Positions 37,698-47,980 of a DNA stretch of 64,000 nucleotides are shown in pieces (positions within the stretch are counted from its first letter, which is position 1; every line of letters begins with the position of its first letter). A program made the position numbers and the translations under genes. The DNA comes from an uncultured delta proteobacterium (lineage in GTDB: Bacteria > Myxococcota_A > UBA9160 > SMWR01). The notes beneath the pieces are model-generated. The model saw only the letters and a list, made by a program, of their open reading frames with translations. It did no database searches and was not told the origin of the DNA. The stretch spans positions 640,001 through 704,000 of the forward strand of contig CAWHTE010000011.1 of NCBI GenBank assembly GCA_963832165.1, given 5' to 3'.

Positions 37698-39286
37698 TCA
37701 AGCGCCGCCGCGCGCGAGCTGCTGCGCCCATCGGTAATCGGGCTTTCCACTGGGCGATCGCACGAGCGTTTCGACGACGTGCAGCTGCCTGGGCACCTTG
37801 TAGTCGGCGAGCCGCGTCCGGGCGTGAGCCGCCAGCTGCTCGAGCGTCGGTCGCGTGCCGGGGCGCGGCTGGACGACGACGGCCACGCGCTCGCCGAAAC
37901 GCTCGTCGGGCACGCCGACCACGACAGCGTCGAGGACGTCCGGATGCGATCGCACCGCGAGCTCTACCTCCTCGGGGAACACCTTCTCGCCGCCCGTGTT
38001 GATGCTGACCGAGCCGCGACCGAGCACGGTGATCGTCCCGTCCGTTTCGACCAGCGCCCAGTCGCCCGGTACCACCCATCGCTTGCCGGCGGCGTCGACC
38101 GGAAAGGTCTCCGCGGTTTTTCTCGGGTCCTTGTAGTAGCCGATCGGAATCCGCCCACTGCGCGCCAACCGACCGCGCCGGCCAGAGCCAGGCGCGATCG
38201 GGCCAGCTCGTCGTCGAGCACGGTCGTGCTGTCGTTCATCGTGAACCGCGGGCTGCCCTGGCCGCCGCGACCCACGAGCTGTCCTTGCGACCCGCTTTCC
38301 GACGATCCGAAGCTGTCGGCGATCACGAGGTCCGGCAATACCGATCGCAGCGCATCCTTCACACCGTCGGAGAGGATCGCGCCGCCCGATCCGATCATGC
38401 GCAGGGACGCGAGCCCGTAGCGGCCCGGATCGCGCTGGAGCGTGTCCGCGAGCGGACGCGCCATCGCGTCGCCGACCACCTGGATGCCGCTGACCCGTTC
38501 CTCGGCGGCGAGCCGCCAGATCGCCTCGGGATCGAAACGTGAGTCCGTCCACAACACCACGACGCGTCCGGCGAACCAGGCCGCCAGCGCGGCCCACTGC
38601 GCGGCGCCGTGCATGAGCGGTGCCGTCACGAGCGAGCGCCTGGGAGGCTGAGCGGACACCGTTTCCGCCAGGTCCTCGGCGCGATCGGGAAGCTGTTTGT
38701 GCGAGAGCGGAAGGATCGCGCCGAACAGGATGTCCTCGTGATGCCACATCACGCCTTTGGGCATGCCCGTGGTACCGCCCGTGTAGAGGATGTAGAGATC
38801 CTGGGCGGAGCGCGGCGCGAAGTCGCGCGCCGGGGAGCCTTCGGCGACGACCCGTTCGAAGTCGCGATCGCCGGGGTCCGCTGCTTCGCCGTCGTGGACC
38901 GCGAGCGCGTGCGTCGGTCGGCCGACGCGGCGCCGCGCTTCCCGCACGGCGGGCGAGAAGCGGCGGTCGTAGAGCAGCGCGACCAGGTCGGCGTTGTCGT
39001 AGAGGTAGGCGAGCTCGTCCGCGACGTAGCGGTAGTTCACGTTGATCGGAACCGCACGCAACTTGTACGCGGCGAGCATGCCCTCGAGATAAGCCGCGCC
39101 GTTCAGCAGCTGGAGCCCCACGTGATCGCCGGCGCGAATGCCCATTTCGGACAGCGCGTGGGCGACGCGATTAGCGCGCGCGTCGAGCTCGGCGAACGAG
39201 AGGCGCGTGTCACCCGCCACGAGGGCGGGGCGGGTGGGCTGGGCGTCTGCGACGATCTCGAACAGGTCCGCGATGTTGAAGACCAT
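37698..39286 (-). pseudogene. FadD19-like acyl-CoA synthetase with one frameshift near 38200
   Basis: NVNYRY; YTGGTTGMPKG; FGSSE. It continues in another frame as PIAPGSG..IGYYKDP..GRGSVSINTGGEKVFPEE..RSPSGKPDY. Confidence 0.82.
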
Positions 39287-39329
39287 GCGGGTGGCTCCCG
39301 GATCTCGCCCCCGGGGGACGGGAGGCTAT

Positions 39330-39350
39330 ATTATTGTTACCTGTAGGTAC
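39330..39350. promoter_or_regulatory. Candidate operator with palindrome TACCT-GT-AGGTA
   Basis: In a divergent intergenic region; 16/21 identical to 58354..58374. Confidence 0.45.
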
Positions 39351-39397
39351 GTTAAAATCCATCCCGTGGATGCGCCGGCGGGGCAGGAGGCGACGTC

Positions 39398-40162
39398 GTG
39401 AAGGGCGAATTCGACGAATACCGCGACCGCTATCCCAACGTCGCGCTGACTCGCAGCGAGGGAATCCTCGAGATGCGCATCCATTCCGACGGGGGACCGC
39501 TCGTGTGGGGACGCGGTCCGCACCGCCAGCTCGGGCAGTGCTTCGCGGATATCGGGTCCGATCCCACGAATCGCGTGGTGATCCTGACCGGAACCGGCGA
39601 ACAATTCTGCGCGCGGATCGACGACAGCCTCGCCGAGTTCGACTCCGCGCTCTGGGACGAGCTGTTCCACGATGCGCGGCGTTTGCTCACGAACCTGCTG
39701 GAGATCGAAGTACCCGTAATCACCGCGGTCAACGGAAGGGCCTCGGTGCACGCGGAGCTCGGTGTCCTCGGCGACATCGTGCTCGCGGCCGAGGACGCAT
39801 TCTTCCAGGACGCGGCGCACTTCCGCCACGGCACCGTGCCCGGTGACGGCGTGCACGTGATCTGGCCCCATCTGATCGGACCCGTGCGAGCGCGCTACTT
39901 CCTGATGACGGCTCAGCGGCTGAGCGCGCGGGACGCGCTGCAGCTGGGCTTCGTGAACGAGCTACATCCGCGCGAAGCGCTTCTGCCCCGCGCGCGCGAG
40001 CTCGCGCGGGAGTTCGCGCGTCAGCCCGACTCCACCCTGCGTTATACGCGCGCGCTCTTCACTCGCCCGCTCAAGCGCATGTTGCTCGACGACCTCGGCT
40101 TCGGGCTCGCCGTGGAGGGTCTCGGCGCGCACGCGCACTGGCCATCGCGCTCCCGGGGTTGA
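39398..40162 (+). CDS. Crotonase-family protein, 6-oxocamphor hydrolase (beta-diketone hydrolase)-like
   Basis: FQDAAHFRHGTVPGDGVHVIWP..RARYFL matches the His/Asp dyad region as I recall it for CamK. Confidence 0.82.
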   Translation: MKGEFDEYRDRYPNVALTRSEGILEMRIHSDGGPLVWGRGPHRQLGQCFADIGSDPTNRVVILTGTGEQFCARIDDSLAEFDSALWDELFHDARRLLTNLLEIEVPVITAVNGRASVHAELGVLGDIVLAAEDAFFQDAAHFRHGTVPGDGVHVIWPHLIGPVRARYFLMTAQRLSARDALQLGFVNELHPREALLPRARELAREFARQPDSTLRYTRALFTRPLKRMLLDDLGFGLAVEGLGAHAHWPSRSRG

Positions 40163-40224
40163 ATATTTTCGTCAGGTGCAAAAAGAAAAGAACGAGACAC
40201 GAGACCGCGGCGGGAGACGGCCCC

Positions 40225-41214
40225 TTGATCGAAGTCGGATTGATGATCGACCTGCGCAATCCGCCGCAGTGGCGGCGCCCGTGGAGCCGCCTTTACGCGC
40301 AAACGCTCGAGCAGGTCGAGAACGCGGAGCGACTCGGTGCCGCGTCGGTCTGGACTTCGGAGCACCATTTCTTCGAGGACGGTTATCTCTCGCAGCCCCT
40401 GACGCTCGCCGCGGCGTTGGCCGCGCGAACGCGCACGATGCGGATCGGCACCGCCGTTCTGTTGGCGCCGTTGCGCTCGGCGCTCCAGATCGCCGAAGAG
40501 GCCGCGATCGTCGATCTCGTCAGCGGCGGGCGCCTCGACCTCGGGTTGGGCGCGGGCTACCGGCTCCCCGAGTTCGAGGCATTCGGCGGCGACTTTGCGC
40601 GCCGTTTCTCGACGCTCCGCGAGCGGATCCGCGAGATCCGCGCACTTCTCGCGAGCGGACGCGTGATGCCACCGCCGGTCCAGGATCCACTGCCGGTCTG
40701 GTTCGGTGCGGGCTCGCCCAAGGCGGCGCGCGGCGCCGGACGCATGGGTCTTCCGCTGCTCAACGTGTCGCCGGACCTGGCCGGGCCCTATCTGGATGGG
40801 CTGAGCGAGGGCGGCCACGCGTCCGGTACGGGGCGGATGGCGGGCCTGCTGAACTGGTTGATCACGGACGATCCCGAGCGGGCGTGGGCGCGCGCGCGTC
40901 CGCACATCCAGTATCAGTGGGACAGCTACGGCCGGTACGGCGTCGAAGGACTCGGCGTCGAGGCGCCGCCGCCGATCGACGTCGAGGCGATGCGCACGCC
41001 GCGGCCCGACGGAGGCCCGCCGTTCCTCGGCGCGTTCACCCCCGACCAGGCGGCGAGCATGATCGGCGAGATCGCGCGCCATGGCCCGGTCGAGAGTGTC
41101 CACTTCTGGAACTCGATGGCGGGTCTCCCCGACGACCTCGCGCAGCGCCACGTGGAGCTCGTCTGCACGAAGCTGCGTTCCGCGCTCGAGTCCCTGGGTC
41201 GAGCCCGAGAGTGA
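40225..41214 (+). CDS. LLM-class oxidoreductase, paralog of 14889..15870
   Basis: DLRNP; SEHHFFEDGYLSQP; IAEEAAIVDLVSGGR. Start uncertain. Confidence 0.9.
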   Translation: MIEVGLMIDLRNPPQWRRPWSRLYAQTLEQVENAERLGAASVWTSEHHFFEDGYLSQPLTLAAALAARTRTMRIGTAVLLAPLRSALQIAEEAAIVDLVSGGRLDLGLGAGYRLPEFEAFGGDFARRFSTLRERIREIRALLASGRVMPPPVQDPLPVWFGAGSPKAARGAGRMGLPLLNVSPDLAGPYLDGLSEGGHASGTGRMAGLLNWLITDDPERAWARARPHIQYQWDSYGRYGVEGLGVEAPPPIDVEAMRTPRPDGGPPFLGAFTPDQAASMIGEIARHGPVESVHFWNSMAGLPDDLAQRHVELVCTKLRSALESLGRARE

Positions 41215-42857
41215 ACGGCGGCGCCACCGCCCTCGGATCGAGTCTGGCGCAGCGGCGACAGGACTACCGCGACCGCGGACTCCACACGGACGAGCGCATC
41301 GGTTGGCTGCCGGCGCGTGCGGCCGAGCGCTGGCCCGAACGCGATGCCGTCGTCTTCGAGGGTCGCCGCATCACCTTTGCCGAACTGCATGAATGGATCC
41401 TCGCCGTCGCCGGACAGCTGGTGTCGAGGGGTATCGAACGGCGCGATCGCTTGTTGTGGCAGTTGCCGAACTGTCTCGAAGGGCTCGTGCTCCACCTCGC
41501 GGCGTGGCGAATCGGGGCCGTGAGCGTGCCCGTGGTGCCGATCTACCGAGAGCACGAGCTCCGGCACATCCTGGCCGAGGTCCAGCCGCGCGCGGTCGCC
41601 TTCGCAGGATCGCTCGGGGACCGTCATCCGGCCCGCGAGATGGATGCGCTCATGGACGTGATGGGCGTGCGACCCGCGCTCAAGCTCTCGCTCGGACCCG
41701 CTAGAGCCGGCTGGGAGCCGATCCTTTCGACACCATCTCGAGTCGGACCTGCCGCGGCGCCGCGCCTGCCCGATCCGCTGCCCGCCGACGAGTGCTGCCT
41801 CGTGCTCTACACCTCCGGCACGACCTCCGCGCCGAAGGGCGCCATGCACGCATCGCGATCTCTGCTGGCGACGATCCGGCTGTGGCGCGACACTTACTCG
41901 TTCACGCCCGACGACGCCTTCATCATGGGCGCGCCGATCACGCACATCGCCGGTCTGCTGCTGGCGGTATTGACGCCGGCGTCGACGGGTGCGCGGTCGG
42001 TCCTGATGCCGGCCTGGGACGCCGCCCGCGCCGTCTCGCTGTGCGAACAAGAACTCGTCACGTTCTGTTGTGGGGCGAGCGTGTTCCTGCAGGGCTTCGT
42101 CGAGCGCTATGAGACAGGTGAGTCGCCCGCTCACCGGCTGCCGCGATTCATGTGCGGCGGTGCGGCGGTCCCGCCGTCACTGATCGAGCGCGCCGAGGCG
42201 GTCGGGATCCGAGCGTGGCGTTGCTGGGGCATGACAGAGGCGCCGACCGCAACGCTCGCGCTGCCCGGCGACTCCCTGGCGCGCCGCGCGACATACGATG
42301 GTCTTCCGACCGAGGGGTGCGAGATCGAGGCGGTGGACGATGATCGAAGGCCCCTTCCACGCGGCCGGATCGGCGAGCTGCGCCTCCGCTGCCCGCAGCA
42401 GATGCTCGGCTACGCGAACTCCGAGGTGAATGCCGCGCAGACCGATCGCGACGGCTGGTTCTACACGGGCGACGTCGGCCACGTCGATCGCGACGGCTGG
42501 GTCACGATGACGGGCCGCCTCAAGGACATCATCAATCGCGGCGGCGAGAAGTTCTCGTCGCAGGACATCGAGCACGCGATCGCGAGCCATCCCGCCGTGG
42601 AATCGGTCGCGGTGCTCGGCGTGCCCGACGAGCGGCTCGGCGAGGCTGTCGGCGCGTTCGTCGTGGTGCGCCGGGGCAAGACCTGGCCTGGCGACGCGGA
42701 GCTGATCGCACACCTCGAAGCGCAGCGGCTCGCGCGTCAGAAGCTGCCCGTTCACTGGCAGCTGCTAGAGGCGCTCCCGATGACCGCATCCGGCAAGGTG
42801 CAGAAACACGTGCTGCTCGCGCGCTGGCACGGCGAACGGGCGCCGCGCGCGGATTGA
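41211..42857 (+). CDS. Acyl-CoA ligase (cyclohexanecarboxylate-CoA ligase-like)
   Basis: YTSGTTSAPKG; WGMTE; TGD; GRLKDIINRGGEK; TASGKVQK. GTGA overlap. Confidence 0.9.
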   Translation: MNGGATALGSSLAQRRQDYRDRGLHTDERIGWLPARAAERWPERDAVVFEGRRITFAELHEWILAVAGQLVSRGIERRDRLLWQLPNCLEGLVLHLAAWRIGAVSVPVVPIYREHELRHILAEVQPRAVAFAGSLGDRHPAREMDALMDVMGVRPALKLSLGPARAGWEPILSTPSRVGPAAAPRLPDPLPADECCLVLYTSGTTSAPKGAMHASRSLLATIRLWRDTYSFTPDDAFIMGAPITHIAGLLLAVLTPASTGARSVLMPAWDAARAVSLCEQELVTFCCGASVFLQGFVERYETGESPAHRLPRFMCGGAAVPPSLIERAEAVGIRAWRCWGMTEAPTATLALPGDSLARRATYDGLPTEGCEIEAVDDDRRPLPRGRIGELRLRCPQQMLGYANSEVNAAQTDRDGWFYTGDVGHVDRDGWVTMTGRLKDIINRGGEKFSSQDIEHAIASHPAVESVAVLGVPDERLGEAVGAFVVVRRGKTWPGDAELIAHLEAQRLARQKLPVHWQLLEALPMTASGKVQKHVLLARWHGERAPRAD

Positions 42858-42875
42858 GCGCGCACAGGAAGAAGC

Positions 42876-43766
42876 ATGCGAATTGGATTGCAGTATGTCG
42901 CCTTCGCGTGGCCGCAGGGGTCAGCTGGCATCGCGTCGCGCGTCGCCGACATCGCGCGCGCGGTCGACGACGCCGGATTTGCGAGCCTCTGGGTGGAGGA
43001 TCACTTCTTCCAGATTCCAGCGCAGGGCCCCGCCGACGATCCGATGCTCGAGTCGTACGCGACGCTCGGTCATCTCGCCGCGCTCACCGAGCGCGTGCGG
43101 CTAGGCGTGCTCGTTTCGGGCAACACCTACCGAAATCCGGGGCTGCTCGTGAAATGCGCGACCACGGTCGACGTGCTTTCGAGGGGCCGCGCCTATCTCG
43201 GAGTGGGCACCGGGTGGCTGCGCCGAGAGCATGTAGGGCTGGGCTTCCCACTGCCGTCGGTCGCCGAACGCTTCGAGCGCCTCGAGGAGACGCTGCGGAT
43301 CGCCAGGCAGATGTGGTCGCCCGACGACGGCCCGTTTACCGGAAAGCACTACCGGCTCGCAGAGACGCTCTGCGTTCCGGCTCCGGTCTCGAAGCCACAC
43401 CCGCCGATCCTCGTGGGCGGGATGGGTGAGCGCAAGACGCTGCGCCTAGTCGCGCGCTATGCGGACGCGTGCAACTTCTACGTGGTCGATCGCGGCTCGG
43501 ATGCAGTCGCGCTCTGCGCGAAGCTCGATGTCCTGCGCAGGAGGTGCGACGAGGTCGGCCGGCCGTTCGACGAGATCGAACGCACGTTGCTGCTGGGTAC
43601 TTCGCTCGCTCAACGCGGGGAGACGGCGTCGGAGCTCGTCGCCGCGCTGCGCGAGTTCGCGAGGGCCGGCTTCCAGCACGCGATCCTGATGCTCACTCCG
43701 GGCCGCGAGCTCGAGCTCGTCGACGCGCTGGCCAAGGAGGTGTTGCCGGCGGTGGCGGACGCGTGA
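42876..43766 (+). CDS. LLM-class oxidoreductase, probably F420-dependent (Rv1855c-like)
   Basis: VEDHFFQI; MLESYATLG; GNTYRNPG; GGMGERKTLRLVARYADACN. Confidence 0.88.
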   Translation: MRIGLQYVAFAWPQGSAGIASRVADIARAVDDAGFASLWVEDHFFQIPAQGPADDPMLESYATLGHLAALTERVRLGVLVSGNTYRNPGLLVKCATTVDVLSRGRAYLGVGTGWLRREHVGLGFPLPSVAERFERLEETLRIARQMWSPDDGPFTGKHYRLAETLCVPAPVSKPHPPILVGGMGERKTLRLVARYADACNFYVVDRGSDAVALCAKLDVLRRRCDEVGRPFDEIERTLLLGTSLAQRGETASELVAALREFARAGFQHAILMLTPGRELELVDALAKEVLPAVADA

Positions 43767-43805
43767 TCGGAAGGAACGGCGGATCACGAGCAGGGAGGAG
43801 GTGTC

Positions 43806-44156
43806 GTGGGAGTGGTCCAGAAGGTTGGCATGGTCATCCACCCAGTGGAGTCGCTCGATCGGGCGGTGACGTTCTACACGGAGGCTCTCGGTTTCGCGGT
43901 GCGCTTCCGCGACGGCGATCGCTTCTGTGCGCTCGACGCGGGCGGCGTGACGATCGCGTTGGCGGCGGGTGACGAGCGCATCTGCGACACACCGGCGGTC
44001 TCGTATCGGGTGTCCGACGTCGAAGCGGCTCTCGCAGCACTCGAGGCTGCGGGGGCGAAGCAGATGCGTGCCATTGCAGACGGCCCGCACGAACGCCGCG
44101 CAGTGCTGCGAGATCCAGCGGGCAACCTGTTCGTGATCTATGCGCCGCGCGCCTGA
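43806..44156 (+). CDS. VOC/glyoxalase family protein
   Basis: AVTFYTEALG; VSDVEAA; RDPAGN. Confidence 0.88.
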   Translation: MGVVQKVGMVIHPVESLDRAVTFYTEALGFAVRFRDGDRFCALDAGGVTIALAAGDERICDTPAVSYRVSDVEAALAALEAAGAKQMRAIADGPHERRAVLRDPAGNLFVIYAPRA

Positions 44157-44223
44157 GGCTTGACCCGGCCTGGTCGCCGCATTTACTGTACGAAGTGCAA
44201 CGAAAATCAGCCGAGGGGAACTG

Positions 44224-45183
44224 ATGCGTTACGGGGCCGAAGACGAGCGGCCGCACGCCGCCGGTCCGCAAGAGAACTGGCAGGAGAGCGTCTGGCTGCA
44301 GTGGTACGACCCCGAGGTGGGCGTCGGCGGTCTGCATCGCATCGGCCAGGAGGTGAACCGGGGCACGGCGAACGCGCTGTTCTGCCTGGTCAGCGACGAG
44401 GGCACGCGCTTCCGCCGCGTCCTGCCGCTGCTACCGCTGCGCGCCCAAGATCGCGATGGCGTGATCGCAGCCGGAGACGAGTTCTCGATGAGCTACGAGT
44501 CCGGGCGACCGCGCCTCGTTCAACGCCAGCCCGAAGCGGAGATCGATCTCGTCTTCGATGACTTCCACGAGCTCGTCAACCTGTGGGACCTCGGGCGCGA
44601 TCGCGGTCAGGAGCTGATGAGCCAGACCGCAGCGCAGCATTACGAGGTGGGCGGCCGGGTGCGGGGTACGGTGCGGATCGGCGAGCGCTCGCTCCAGATC
44701 GACGGACTCGGCTATCGCGATCACTCGTGGGGTCCCCGCGACTACCGCGCATGGCTCTCGCACCGATGGGTCGCGGGCACGTTCGGACCGGCGCTGACCT
44801 ACTCGCTCATCACGATGCACGGCGCGCGTGGGGAGTTGATCCGCACCGGCTACGTCGTCCGCGACGGAAAGCCGACGGTCGCTTCCGAAGTCGACATCGT
44901 GGCCTACCTGGAGCCGGACGGCTTCACGCACCGCGGAGGCCGGGCCGTCGCGCGCCTGAGCGACGGCGACGAACTCCGCTTCGACTTCGAGCTCGTCGAC
45001 GGCATGGTGTGGGGACTCCATGGTCTGGCCGGGCTCGATACGATCTGCGTTGCGCGCTGCGGCGAGCTGGTGGGGCAGGGCGACTTCGAGATGACGAACA
45101 ATGCGACGAACGGACGCGATCCGATCACGCTCGCGATTGGCGCCACGCTCGAGGACGGTCTGACCCGGCGCCCCGCGCGTTAG
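44224..45183 (+). CDS. Conserved beta-rich protein (RDxSWG motif), related to 22999..23943
   Basis: WQESVW; HYEVGG; YRDHSWGPR. Confidence 0.7.
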   Translation: MRYGAEDERPHAAGPQENWQESVWLQWYDPEVGVGGLHRIGQEVNRGTANALFCLVSDEGTRFRRVLPLLPLRAQDRDGVIAAGDEFSMSYESGRPRLVQRQPEAEIDLVFDDFHELVNLWDLGRDRGQELMSQTAAQHYEVGGRVRGTVRIGERSLQIDGLGYRDHSWGPRDYRAWLSHRWVAGTFGPALTYSLITMHGARGELIRTGYVVRDGKPTVASEVDIVAYLEPDGFTHRGGRAVARLSDGDELRFDFELVDGMVWGLHGLAGLDTICVARCGELVGQGDFEMTNNATNGRDPITLAIGATLEDGLTRRPAR

Positions 45184-46631
45184 CTCGCGTCGAGCACGGC
45201 TCGCGCCTGCGATTCGACGACCGTGCCGTCGAAGAAGCGCGGGTTGACCCGGCCGTAGAAGCGGACGACGTTGCGGAAGGCGAAGTCGGCGAAATCCGAT
45301 TCGTCGAGCCGCCCCTCCTCGACCGCCTCGAAGGCCTCGACGACGACTTCGCGCATGTCGGGAACGTCCCAATGCCCGATGTCGGAGCTGAACATGGCAT
45401 TGAGGGCGACGCCGAGCGGATTGAGGCTGCGGTCGAACGCGACCGCGTTCATCCGGTCGTCGGCCTCGCAGCCGAAGTAGAAGCGCGACGCGAATCGGCT
45501 TCGGAAGTCGTCGATCGACTCGATTCCACAATGCCGCCACTCGTCGATCGTCTCCGGATCCTCGAGGTCGCCCTCCATCGCACGGTGGCTGACACTCGTG
45601 CGCGTCAGCGTCTTCCGGAACCGCTCGTCGCCGTAGCGTTCGACGAGGTCGTCGAACAGAGAGCGGTCGACACGGATCGGGTTGTAGCGCTGCACATCGG
45701 GCAGCTTCCGCTTCTGCCAGTGTCCGATCAGATCCGCTAGCAGGCCGACCGCCCTGGCGACACCGCCTTCGAGGAATCCGAAGTGAAGATCGGGAAAGCG
45801 GTGGGTGACGCCGCCCAGGAACAGCGACTTCGCGAGGAACTCGGCGCTCGCTGCGAAATGGCCGATGTGGTTGAACATGTAGTTGGATGGCGAGCGGCGA
45901 TCGGGCCAGCCCATCCCGATCGAGTGGAACGTGGGCGCGACGCCGAGCTCCTGGCAACGCCTCCAGACGGGGTCGTAGTCGTAGGCGCTGTCGAGGCCGT
46001 AACCGTCGGGCCAGCTCCGGTACGGGTCTTGGTCCGCGGAACCCACCGTGCGCCGCTCGGTGTGATTCATCACGACGGCCTTGAGCCCCAGCGTCTGTAC
46101 TGCGTAGTCGAGCTCCTCGATCGCCTCCTCGGGGGTCGTCATCGGAATCACGCCGACGGGCGCGATGCGATCCGCGTAGCGACCGTACAGCTCCGCGTAG
46201 TAATGATTCAGCGCTCGGCTTGCGCCGCGGCGGAGCTCTGCCTCGGGAATGTACGAGACGAGCAGTCCGCGACTGGGGAACAGCACCACGAAGTCGAGGC
46301 CGAGCTCGTCGAGGCGTTCGTACAGCAGCCTAGGCAGACTTGCGGTCGCGAGGTCGAGCGTATTCTCGGCGGGCAGGGCCCAGAATCCCGGCCGTACCAC
46401 GCGGCGCGCGGCGCGCTGGTCTCGCGATAGGCCATACCACTCCCACGCGACCGGGCCGAAGCCACCCTTTGCAAAACGCGCGGCCAGCGCATCTGCGACG
46501 CCCTGGCCGGCCACCTCCCGCACGAACTGTGCGACGAGCGGGTCGTATTCCACGAGATGCCCGTCGGCGTCGACGATCGGATGGCGCAGGCGGGCACGGA
46601 CCTGCGCAGCGCGGGTCGAGTGGGTCCTCAT
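45180..46631 (-). CDS. Amidohydrolase_2 family protein (long subfamily)
   Basis: HPIVDADGH; PTFH; FNHIG; YFGCEADD; FSSDIGHWDV. Confidence 0.9.
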   Translation of the reverse strand: MRTHSTRAAQVRARLRHPIVDADGHLVEYDPLVAQFVREVAGQGVADALAARFAKGGFGPVAWEWYGLSRDQRAARRVVRPGFWALPAENTLDLATASLPRLLYERLDELGLDFVVLFPSRGLLVSYIPEAELRRGASRALNHYYAELYGRYADRIAPVGVIPMTTPEEAIEELDYAVQTLGLKAVVMNHTERRTVGSADQDPYRSWPDGYGLDSAYDYDPVWRRCQELGVAPTFHSIGMGWPDRRSPSNYMFNHIGHFAASAEFLAKSLFLGGVTHRFPDLHFGFLEGGVARAVGLLADLIGHWQKRKLPDVQRYNPIRVDRSLFDDLVERYGDERFRKTLTRTSVSHRAMEGDLEDPETIDEWRHCGIESIDDFRSRFASRFYFGCEADDRMNAVAFDRSLNPLGVALNAMFSSDIGHWDVPDMREVVVEAFEAVEEGRLDESDFADFAFRNVVRFYGRVNPRFFDGTVVESQARAVLDAS

Positions 46632-46746
46632 CTGCGCCCATCGTGATTCCGGGTTCCCGTCACAGTCAAGCTATTTTTGGTACATCTGTGTCGATTTCGA
46701 GCACCCTTGTCCGGACGCGGGTCGCTTCGAACGGAAGGGCTGAAGG

Positions 46747-47976
46747 ATGTTCTACGGCTGGCGGATGGTGGCCGTCGCGTTCGCCGCGCACGGCCTCTCG
46801 ACGGGGTTGGGGTTTTATGCGCTTCCCCGCCTGCTCGTTCCGCTCGCGGACGAGTTCGCCGGTGGGCAGCGAACGGCCGTCTCGATGCTCGCGGTCGCTA
46901 TCAGCCTCGCCACGGTGGTCGCCGCACCGATCGTCGGTGTCGCGCTCTCGCGTTTCCCGCTGCGCGCACTGATGCCGTGCGGCGCGGTGTGCCTCGGGTT
47001 GGGATTTGCCGCCGCTTCGCAGGCCACGGCGCTCTGGCACCTCGCACTCATCTATTCGTCGGCCGTGCCGATCGCCATCCTCGCGCTGTCTTCGCTCGGA
47101 GCGAACGCGCTCGTCGCGAACTGGTTCGATCGCCGACGTCCGCTCGCACTGGGAATCGCGCAGCTCGGGCTCGCCTTCGCGGGCGCGTTCGTGACCTACT
47201 TCATCAGCTGGACGCTCGCGTCGGGCGGCAGCTCGCGGCGGACCTATGGCTGGTTCGCGATCATCGCTCTTCTGGCAGCGCCGCTCTTGTGGGCCACGAT
47301 TCGCGACCGCCCCGCCGATATCGGACTGCACCCCGACGGCCGCGAGCACGGCGCCGATCCGATGCAGGCTCGCGCTGCGGCGCCGAGCTTCACCCAGGCG
47401 CTGCGCGATCGTAACTTGTGGCGGGTGAGCGTGCTCGCGGGTCTCGCCTACTGCGGCACCACCGGATGGATGCAGAATGCGCATGCCTTCGCTACCGACG
47501 CGGGCTTCGCCGTCAGCGCTGCCGATACCCTGTTCGCTTCGATCTCGCTGGGGGCGGCGCTCGGGAAGGTGGCGATCGGTTGGCTCGGCGTGAGGTTCGG
47601 CGAGCAGGCCGCGCTCTGGATCGCTCTCGCCATCGAGTTCGTCGCCTTGGCGATCTGGCCCGCAGCGCTCCCATCGCTGCCGTTGCTGCTCGGCGTAGGT
47701 CTCGCGTTCGGGATCGCGCTCGGGGGACTGTCGCCCGCGATCTCGGCGTTGCTGGCGCGGATCTACGGCTCGGAGAGTCTCGGGCCCGTGCTCGGCTACA
47801 TGACCCCGATGCTGGTTCCGTTCCAGATGGTGGGCGCGCCGGTCGCGTCCGCCGTGAGGGATTGGACCGGCGCCTACGATCTCGCGCTCTACGGCTTCGC
47901 CGCGTCCTCGCTCGTCGCCGCGCTGCTCCTGTCGTCCGTGCGGATCCCGGACCGATCCGACCCGGAACCGCGATGA
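46747..47976 (+). CDS. MFS transporter
   Basis: About 12 hydrophobic segments; FYGWRMV; NWFDRRRPLALG. Confidence 0.88.
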   Translation: MFYGWRMVAVAFAAHGLSTGLGFYALPRLLVPLADEFAGGQRTAVSMLAVAISLATVVAAPIVGVALSRFPLRALMPCGAVCLGLGFAAASQATALWHLALIYSSAVPIAILALSSLGANALVANWFDRRRPLALGIAQLGLAFAGAFVTYFISWTLASGGSSRRTYGWFAIIALLAAPLLWATIRDRPADIGLHPDGREHGADPMQARAAAPSFTQALRDRNLWRVSVLAGLAYCGTTGWMQNAHAFATDAGFAVSAADTLFASISLGAALGKVAIGWLGVRFGEQAALWIALAIEFVALAIWPAALPSLPLLLGVGLAFGIALGGLSPAISALLARIYGSESLGPVLGYMTPMLVPFQMVGAPVASAVRDWTGAYDLALYGFAASSLVAALLLSSVRIPDRSDPEPR

Positions 47977-47980
47977 GCAG

